A DNA stretch of 64,000 nucleotides, taken from NCBI GenBank assembly GCA_951406725.2, contig OX597820.1, positions 117,800,001 to 117,864,000 of the forward strand, read 5' to 3'. Both the position numbers and the translations under genes were made by a program. The DNA is from Octopus vulgaris. Taxonomy: Eukaryota. Each line of letters opens with the position of its first letter. The stretch's first letter is position 1. The notes under the pieces were generated by a model, which was given only the letters and a program-made list of their open reading frames with translations, had not been told where the DNA came from and searched no databases. Of this stretch, positions 51,813-64,000 are shown piece after piece.

Positions 51813-52294
51813 AAAGTAAACTTTGGTTATCTTCCTGAGCCGTGTAGCACAACGGATGGTTCTACAAAGCAAGGCGCCGCTGTTTTAACACGTTTGTTTG
51901 CTCGACAAATTGCTCGAGGTTCGAAGCTCTATTCTGGTCTATCTGAAACAATTAAAACTTACAAAGTCCAAACATTTTATTAACTAGCAGACAATAATTA
52001 GAATAATTAGAACATTGGACAAAATTCCTTGCAGGATTTCTTCTTTTTCTTTTTGTTTTTCTGTGTTCTAACTTGAAATTCTACCGAGGTCAACTTTGCC
52101 GTTCATTGTAACGGGATCGATAAAATAAAGTGGCTCTCCAGCACTGGGGTTGAAGCAATCGAGTAACGACCTCTCCCCCCAAATGATCGAAAAACTGAAA
52201 TTGTTAAAACTTTTACGTACCTTGTAGAATTCTAGTCGAATGAATCGACCACTGTTCTTACTATTTTTTCTGAAGCTCCGTACTATTTCTTTTG

Positions 52295-52683
52295 GTAGAG
52301 GCGCAATGGCCCAGTGGTTAGGGCAGCGGACTCGCGGTCATTGGATCACGGTTTCGATTCCCAGACCGGGCGTTGTGAGAGTTTATTGAGCGAAAACACC
52401 TAAAAGCTCCACGAGGCTCCGGCAGGGGATGGTGGTGATCCCTGCTGTACTCTTTCACCACAACTTTCTCTCACTCTTACTTCCTGTTTCTGTTGTACAT
52501 GTATTTCAAAGGGCCGGCCTTGTCACTCTCTGTGTCACGCTGAATATCCCCGAGAACTACGTTAAGGGTACACGTGTCTGTGGAGTGCTCAGCCACTTAC
52601 ACGTTAATTTCACGTGCATGCTGTTCCGTTGATTCGGATCAACCGGAACCCTCGTCGTCGTAACCGACGGAGTGCTTCCATCC
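52295..52683 (+). mobile_element. SINE family A with 13-bp TSD, nested in an old family B copy
   Basis: actatttcttttg at 52282-52294 and 52684-52696. Confidence 0.88.
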
Positions 52684-53127
52684 ACTATTTCTTTTGCCGA
52701 AATGCTAGATGAACGCACCAACATCCGTTGTCAAGCGGTAGTAGGGGACACTCCCCCCACACCAATGGTCTTCCTTCAGTTTCCGTCTACCAAATCCACT
52801 CACAAGGTTTTGGTTTACCCGAGGTTATAGTAGAACACATTTGCTCAATGTGCCACGCAGTGGGACTGAACCTGGAACGATATGAGTGGGAAACAAGATT
52901 CTTAACACACAACTATGCCTGCGAACATTTCACATAGGCATTAATTATTATTAATAACTAGCAATATATTAATTATAGATATTAATTACATACCATAACA
53001 CGATCCAATATATCATTCGCCTGGCGTTCTGCAGGTCATACGAACATCATAATCAGTTAGACGGAAAACGAAACGCAAGAGAAATACTTTCATACTCATA
53101 TGTTCATAAGCAATAAATTTAAAACTG

Positions 53128-53420
53128 GTACTCCGTCGGTTGCGACGACGAGGGTTCCAGTTGATCCGATCACTGGAACAGTTTGCTCGTGAAATTAACG
53201 TGCAAGTGGCTAAGCACTCCACAGACACACGTACTCTTAATGTAGTTCTCAGGGAGATTCAGCAATGTGGCCCTTTGAATTACCGGTGCTGTTAATTTTT
53301 TGCTAGCTGAGTGAATTGGCATAAAGTGAAAATAAAGTGTCTTGCTCAAGGACACAACTCGCCGCCGAGTATAGAAATGACGACCTTAGATCGTGGGCCG
53401 AATAGACTAAGCCACACGCT
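53128..53420 (-). mobile_element. SINE with CORE-like central domain and family A 3-prime tail
   Basis: gtgtccttgagcaagacactttatttcac joined to gagaactac..cacttgcacgttaatttcacgagc..cgacggagt. Confidence 0.65.
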
Positions 53421-53447
53421 TTCATACAATATATTTAAGCTATTGCT

Positions 53448-54040
53448 AAGGCGGTGAGCTAGCAGAAACGTTCGCACGCCGGGCGAAATGCTTGGCGGTA
53501 TTTCGTCTGCCGTGACGTTCTGAGTTCAAATTCCGCCGAGGTCGACTTTGCCTTTCATCCTTTCGGGGTCGATAAATTAAGTACCAGTTACGCACTGGGG
53601 TCGATATAATCGACTTAATCCGTTTGTCTGTCCTTGTTTGTCCTCTGTGTTTAGCCCCTTGTGGGTAGTAAAGAAATAGGTACTTCGTCTGCCGTTACGT
53701 TCTGAGTTCAAATTCTGCCGAGGTCGACTTTGCCTTTCATCCTTTCGGAGTCGATAAATTAAGTACTAGTTGCGTACTGGTGTCGATCTAATCGACTGGT
53801 CCTCTCCCCCAAAATTTTGAGCCTAGAGTAAAAAAAAAGAAAAAAATATTAGCACACTGGGCGAAATTCTTAGTATTTCGTCTGCCGTTACGTTCTGAGT
53901 TCAAATTCCGCCGAGGTCAACTTTGCTTTTCATTCTTTCGGATGTCGATAAAATTAGTACCAGTTACGCACGGGGGTCGATGTAATCGACTTAATCCCTT
54001 CCCCCAAATTTGAAGCCTTGTGTTTCCAGTAGAAAGGATA
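53448..54040 (+). mobile_element. Tandem trimer of SINE family C
   Basis: Three successive ttcgtctgccgttacgttctgagttcaaattccgccgaggtc units. Confidence 0.8.
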
Positions 54041-54562
54041 TTTAAGCTACTGTTGGTTATTAAAGTAACGAGAAAGGCATTCAGATATCGGCTCTTCATT
54101 GCTTCGCTTGTTACAGTCACAGCTGTGCCCCAGTATAGGGAACTGCCTACAAGATTTTCTTCAATTGGTCCCAGCACATATTTATGTGCGGCTCATTTTA
54201 TTGATGTTTACTTGTCGAATAGCTAAGTTAACTTTGGCTGGAACTCGGCACATTCTTTTACATTCGTATGCATACAGTCATCGACACGTACGTAAGGCAC
54301 AAGGCCAGCAATTTTTAGGGGTGGCGGTTAATCGAGTACATCAGCTCCATTTCTGTATTGGTACTTTGTTTAATCAACCTCGAAAGGATGAAAGGTAGAG
54401 ATAACCTGGGCTAGATTTGATCTCAGAATACAGAGCTCAGAAAGAAATATTGCAATGCTGTTTGTCGGACACTGTAATGTTTCTGCCAATTGAGAAAAAT
54501 AAATGAACTTTGTTGATTAGTAGTTTTACAGAATCGTAGATACCAGAATAAATCCTCAACAA

Positions 54563-54966
54563 ATAGGCGCAGGAGTGGCTGTGTGGTAAGTAGCTTGCTA
54601 ACCAACCACATGGTTCCGGGTTCAGTCCCACTGCGTGGCAACTTGGGCAAATGTCTTCTGCTATAGCCTCGGGCCGACCAAAGCCTTGTGAGTGGATTTG
54701 GTAGACGGAAACTGAAAGAAGCCCGTCGTATATATGTATATGTATATATGCGTGTGTGTGTTTGTGTGTCTGTGTTTGTCCCCCTAGCATTGCTTGACAA
54801 CCGATGCTGGTGTGTTTACGTCCCCGTCACTTAGCGGTTCGGCAAAAGAGACCGATAGAATAAGTACTGGGCTTACAAAAGAATAAGTCCCGGGGTCGAG
54901 TTGCTCGATTAAAGGCGGTGTTACAGCATGGCCGCAGTCAAATGACTGAAAGAAATAAAAGAGTAA
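54563..54966 (+). mobile_element. SINE family B (young)
   Basis: Full-length copy. Confidence 0.88.
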
Positions 54967-55619
54967 GCAATCTGTCGAGTAAAAGAACAAAAACAAAACA
55001 AAATAAAAAAACAAAACAAAACAACAACCCGGAAACAAAACAAAAACGTTAAAACAGTGGTGCTTAGCTTTGCAGAAGCATGACAACGGCCAGGCTCGAA
55101 CTTAGAACGTGAAGAGGTGTAATAAATACGTTTTCCGACTCTTAAAGGATACTGCCAATACACGACCATGAGGATGATGTTGATGATGATTTATAAAAAT
55201 AATCATGATAATCACATTGATTTCTAGCATTGTTCGAAGGCCTCTGAGTTTGGCGGAGGATGTAGTCGGAAAAAAAAAAAAAAAAAAAAAAAAGAAAAAA
55301 AAAATCATCTGCAGTGCTTGATTGGTTCTCTCGTTAACGATCCTTGAATGACGTGAGGCAAAGTTTGAAATTGGACATTTTGTGATGAACAACAACGGAG
55401 ACTGTCGGATGCCAAACACTGCAAAGAATGGTCTCGGCCGATCGATTGATTCTGCTGTTTGGCGCATTTAAATCGATAGCATTAACCATTGATTTTATTA
55501 GCCTCAAGAGTCAAAGACGTCGGTGTTGCACAAGTAGGAAAGACAAACACAACTGGAGGATGGGGGGTGGGGTGGAGTTGAAGGTGGGGGTGGGGGGTTT
55601 ATAAAATTGGAGAAGCTGC

Positions 55620-55659
<40 letters not shown>

Positions 55660-56079
55660 GCAACAAGAGGTTAAAAATATCTCTAAGAATAACGGCTGTG
55701 TGATTAAGAAGCTCCTGTTGCAATCAGACGTGGTTTCGGATTCGATCTCAGAGAGCAACACCTTCGGAGAGTGTCTTCTAGCGTAGCTCCAGCTCGACCA
55801 AAACTTTGTGAGTGAATTTGGTGGGCGGAAACTGTGTGGAAACCTGTCGTATGTGTATGTATGTGTTCGTGTTCGTGTTTGTGTTTATCTCGCACCCTGT
55901 TTGACAACTGGAGTTGGTTTAGTTTACGTGACTGTAAGTAACATAGCGGCTCGGTGAAAGGGATCGATGGAATAAATTTTAAAATAAGTTCTGAGGTCGA
56001 TTTATTGTTCAATTACCAGTTAATAATTATCGTAGCAGTTGCAACATTGCAAGCTATTTACAGTAACATATTAATCTTT

Positions 56080-56410
56080 CGGGGACCCCCTTCGGTCATG
56101 AATGATCATGGGATTGAACCTACAAAGTTACCTTCCCATGCACAAGTCCGGGCAAGGTTGTTTATGGAAGACCAGCAGTCGCCCATTCATACCAGTCTCC
56201 CCTGTCCCCACCACCGACGTTATCCAAGGGAAAGGCAAAGGGGCCGATACAGCTTGGGACCAGTGACGTCGCAACTCATTTCTACAGCTGCGTGAACTGA
56301 AGCAACGTGAAATAAAGTGTCTTGCTCAGGAACACAACACACAGCCCGGTCCGGGATTCGAGCTCACAACCTCACGATCGTAAGCTCGACGCTCTAACCA
56401 CTGAGCCATG
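56080..56410 (-). mobile_element. tRNA/CORE-like SINE family E
   Basis: catggctcagtggttagagcgtcgagcttacgatcgtgagg..ctcgaatcccggaccggg head; CORE-like gagcaagacactttatttcacgttgc. Confidence 0.75.
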
Positions 56411-56644
56411 TACCTTAAACCCTAAATTAACATTTAATACATGCGCTTAATCTTTAGTGGCTCGGCAAAAGACACTGATAGAATAAGTACTAGGCTTACA
56501 AAGAATAAAACCTGGGGTCGATTTGTTTGATTAAGGGCGGTGCTCAAGCGTGTCCGCAGTCACATGACTGAAACAAGTAAAAGAGAAAAAAAACCCATGC
56601 CACTCTAATCCCGAGCAACGCCGGGTATCTCTGCTACTAAATAT

Positions 56645-57207
56645 GCCGGTGTGGCTGTGTGGTAAGTAGCATGTTTCCCAACCACATGGTTCCGGGTTCA
56701 GTCCCACAGCGTGGCACCTTGGGCAAGTAACTTCTACAATAGCTTCGGGCCGACCAATAGTCTTGTAAGTGGATTTGGTAGACGGAAACTGAAAGAAGCC
56801 CGTCGTATATATGTATATATGTATATCTCTTTTACACTTCTGTTTTCAGTCATTTGACTGTGGCCATGCTGGAGCACCACATTTAGTCGAGCAAATCGAC
56901 CCCAGGACTTATTCTTTGTAAGCCTAGTGCTTATTCTATCGGTCTCTTTTGCCGAACCGCTAATATACGGGGACGTAAACACACCAGCATTTACACACAC
57001 AAATATACATACACCCACACATAATACATACACATATACATATATACGACGGGCTTCTTTCAGTTTCCGTCTACCAAATCCACTCACAAGGCTTTGGTCG
57101 GCCCGGGGCTATAGTAGAAGAAACTTGCCCAAAGTGCCACGCAGTGGGACTGAACCCGGAACCATGTGGTTGGTTAGCAAGCTACTTACCACACAGCCAC
57201 TCCCACG

Positions 57208-57261
<54 letters not shown>

Positions 57262-57262
57262 C

Positions 57263-57305
<43 letters not shown>

Positions 57306-57523
57306 AGTGTGTATATGTTTGCGTGTCTCTGCTTGTCCCCCAACATCGCTTGACAACCGATGCTGGTGTGTTTATGTCCCCGTAACTTAACGGTTCGCCA
57401 TAAGCGACCGATAGAATAAATATTAGGCTTACAAAGAATAAGTTCGGGGGTCGATTTGCTCGACAAAAGGCGGTGCTCCAGCATAGCCACAGTCAAATGA
57501 CTGAAAACAGAAGTGTAAAAGAG
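56645..57523. mobile_element. Cluster of oppositely oriented SINE family B copies
   Basis: + head 56645-56815, minus copy 56828-57210, + tail 57310-57523. Confidence 0.78.
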
Positions 57524-58139
57524 TGCATCGATCTCCTGGGACCTATAATGCTGCCACGACAACCCTGATTCAGCTTCTACAGAGTCCAAGGGTTTATATT
57601 CCACCGAGCACATTGCCATGATGGGCACCTGACTGTATTTCAGACGCCAAATAAAACTGTCTTGTAACATTGGAACACGGCTTTTTGGAGAGAAGGTGAC
57701 TTCAACGATATCGGCCCCAAGACTCGACTGCTGCGTATTTTATCGATATCGGAAAGATGGAAACGAGCAGGCGGGATTTGAACGTAAAGCGCTATCATTA
57801 AATACTGCAAGGTATTTTGTCCGTCGACCAAGCGACACTGTCACTTCACAACCACAAGAAAATTAAACAAGGCATCGGAAATGTTTGAAAAGCATGAATC
57901 ACTACAAATACAAAAGGGAGGACCATAACACACGGAGAAAGAAGTGAGCAGAAAACGCCAAGAAAGAACCAAGAAAGATAAAGTGGAAATATATAAGACA
58001 ATAAAAAAAAAATGAAAGGATATAGGGCAGATATAGGATAAAATACGAAGGAAAATAAAGGATATCAAACTGTACAGAATTATATATCATATGAGATATG
58101 GAAATATGTAATTATATATAAAATAATATTATATGTAAA

Positions 58140-61225
<3,086 letters not shown>

Positions 61226-62137
61226 TATACCTGCATACATCGACAGTCGCCCACAAATACAAATATGCAATGTAATAATATAAAGAAATGAAAGATAAAA
61301 TTATAAAAATGATAAAATTATAAAAAAAAACAAAAACGGACCACCATTTTTACTAATGTGTTTTCTTGACCCCCAGATAGCCTTAGCCACCGAAGCAATG
61401 ATCAAAAAGCTGAAAATGTAAATAAAGAAAATAACTACAAAAATCAACAAAGCAAAATAAAAAAAAAACAAAAAAAAAAAACTATTATACAGCATCGCTT
61501 CGTATTTTGCTAATTTTCCTTCTTTCCAAAAACCCTTTCTGTTTATTTTGGTGTTTGTTCTGTTTTTATCTCAGCGACTGTTTGTCTTAGTCCTACGTTC
61601 TCCATTCACTCGCATCAACGGACGTACTGCGCTCTACCAGCTTGTTTGGTTTACTAGAAATAGCAGTTACATCTATCTCCCAAATTACATAGAAGACTTT
61701 TTTTTTTTTTTTTTAAAGAAAAGGGCGTATTGGTTAATGGCGGTTTTAGAAGTCTGAAAAAAAAAAGAAAAAAAAGAAAAAAAGAAAGAGAAAAAGAAAA
61801 ATATTGTTTGTGGCTTTGGTCATAGTGTTCCATGACCAGAGTTGGCCCTCGAGCCGAAACAATAATAAAAATGCTGACTGTGGTTTAATCACAATCGTTT
61901 CACGTCTGCTACAATAACATAAAGCTATATCCTTATGTGTGTATATTCTCACAGATGCATGCACATACACACATGTACATACACTGCCTAAATACCATTC
62001 TTGAGAAATTAGGCTTCTCAGAACCAGAAGGGAGAAAGGTAATTCGAAGACTACAGATCCAATCCATCACTGGAACTGTAAAATCTGTAAAACTTTCCAG
62101 AGGTTTATCATTTAAATATATATGAGCATGTATTTTT

Positions 62138-62520
62138 GGAAGCACTCCGTCGGTTACGACGACGAGGGTTCCGGTTGATCCGATCAACGGAACAGCCTGC
62201 TCGTGAAATTAACGTGTTAGTGGCTGAGCACTCCACAGACACGTGCACCCTTAACGTAGTTCTCGGGGATATTCAGCGTGACACAGAGAGTGACAAGGCC
62301 GGCCCTTTGAAATACAGGTACAACAGAAACAGGAAGTAAGAGTGAGAGAAAGTTGTGGTGAAAGAGTACAGCAGGGATCACCACCATCCCCTGCCGGAGC
62401 CTCGTGGAGCTTTAGATGTTTTCCCTCAATAAACACTCACAACGCCCGGTCTGGGAATCGAAACCGCGATCCTATGACCGCGAGTCCGCTGCCCTAACCA
62501 CTGGGCCATTGCGCCTCCAC
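62138..62520 (-). mobile_element. SINE family A (young, full length)
   Basis: Near-identical to 19297-19670. Confidence 0.88.
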
Positions 62521-62604
62521 ATGTCTAGATATGCAACTCTATGCATGAGAAAACATACATAAAACAAAACATAAAAATCTGCATACATACATGCATACAT
62601 GCAT

Positions 62605-63370
62605 CAAGAACCTGATTTGAAACGACTCCAACCAACTGTGAAACATGGCGGTATCTTTGTAATGGTATGAGGAGCTGTCACCAGCAATGGTCGTTCTGAG
62701 CTGATCGAATGTGTTGGAACCATAAACTCTGAAAAATACATTGAAATACTTAAGCAAGGACTACTTCCGATGTATTCACACGATAACATAACGAAGCATT
62801 GGGACTCCCTTCATCGAAAACCGGTGATTGTCGTACGCCGACGACAGGTCAATACCTAGAAACTGCAGTCCGTGCGTATCACTTAGGTTGACGAGGGAGG
62901 GATGACCTCCCTTTGCAAATACCATAAGGGCACAGAAAGTGTGCCTAAAGCCAGCTGGAGACGATGTTCTCCTGAGGCTACAAGCTACAGTAACACCCAC
63001 CCTTACTGGTTAGCCATATCGAGATGGCTAGTATACCTCACATTGAAAAAGGAGTTGTTATTCATGAAAGATGGGGCTCCATGCCACACAGCGAAAAGGA
63101 ATCAACAATGGCTAATTGGAAATGGGATCAAAAAGCTTCCTTGACCAAGCCAATCTCCTGACATCAACTCAATTGAAAATCTTTGGAGCATAATAGATAG
63201 AGCTATACGAAAAATTCGACAGAAACCTAAATCTTAAGATGAATTGTTTCGATTGTTGCGTGAAAAGTGGGCAAAATTCCACGAGAGATAATAAGAAAGC
63301 TCATCAGTTCAACACCAAAAAGAGTTTCTGAATTAAAAACTACAAAGGGAATGTCAACTAAATACTAAAC
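62605..63370 (+). mobile_element. Tc1-like transposase fragment with ~260-bp insertion
   Basis: PTVKHGG, GTINSEKYIEIL, FMKDGAPCH and PSQSPDINSIENLW; insert ~62781-63040 shares sequence with the Helitron-like repeat at 8603-8660. Confidence 0.8.
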
Positions 63371-63466
63371 TATGTAGTCCTACCTATCGATTACATTTCA
63401 ATTGTTCACTTTGCGTATTAAATAAAAGATTTTTAAAATTAAAGGTGTCTGTTTATTTCCTATATG

Positions 63467-63521
<55 letters not shown>

Positions 63522-63775
63522 AACAATAATTGAGGAACGACCACAATAGGCCGTTCGACCCACTAGAAAGAGCAGCCAGGGCTCCAACCGCAAATAGTAG
63601 TAAATTCCGAAATTTAAGGAAAGATAAAAAAACATTTACCCTGTTCATCTTTAGACAATGCATTGTTTCGGCGTTTTTGAACGGCAACGCCTGATTAAAT
63701 TAAATTAACCCAATAAATTCTTGCTCTTTCTAGTGGGTCGAAATAAAGCATATTGGTCGTTCCTCAATTATTGTT
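63522..63775. mobile_element. Fold-back element (~52-bp arms) enclosing a hammerhead 3-prime half
   Basis: Arms 63522-63573 / 63723-63775; minus strand ggcgtt..aacgcc-GAAA-caatgcattg-TC. Confidence 0.7.
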
Positions 63776-63860
63776 GAATTTGATTTATAGTCTCTGACTA
63801 TTTCCTCTTTCTCACTAGATCGCTTCAAAATAATTTCTATTGAATTTTTTGCTACCCTAA

Positions 63861-63933
<73 letters not shown>

Positions 63934-64000
63934 AAATAAAATGAGACAACAAAGCCAAGAGGGTGTGTGGAATTTATAGGACATATAGTCTTACAGCTGT

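Noticed and set aside
52298-52372. tRNA-like sequences with A and B boxes
   Set aside because: Heads of tRNA-derived SINEs, continuous with SINE bodies and flanked by TSDs; not tRNA genes.
57209-57670. 153-aa minus-strand ORF
   Set aside because: Mostly SINE B and microsatellite; the unique part has no recognisable motif or splice support.

Overview
AT-rich, repeat-dense eukaryotic genomic DNA. The tRNA-derived SINE families, Penelope, RTE and Tc1-mariner debris and microsatellite load resemble an octopus or other coleoid cephalopod genome (inference). One host gene is supported: a two-exon METTL7/TMT1-like methyltransferase on the + strand (exon 1 5571-6086, 10.3-kb intron, exon 2 16420-16656, 250 aa) whose glycine-rich SAM-binding motif I is degenerate. 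The rest is mostly SINEs (at least four families with swapped modules), Tc1/mariner relics, MITEs, Penelope/RTE/CR1 fragments and simple repeats; almost all other ORFs in the track are repeat artefacts. The most interesting signal is a recurring class of 220-370 bp fold-back insertions, several with 12-14 bp target-site duplications. Most carry minimal type-I hammerhead ribozyme motifs with palindromic (dimer-type) stem III. The motifs include apparent covariants of the catalytic 3-8 pair: canonical C3-G8 (15.2 and 22.6 kb), swapped G3-C8 (27.3 kb) and U3-A8 (43.5 kb). All structures were folded by eye and no activity can be shown from sequence alone.
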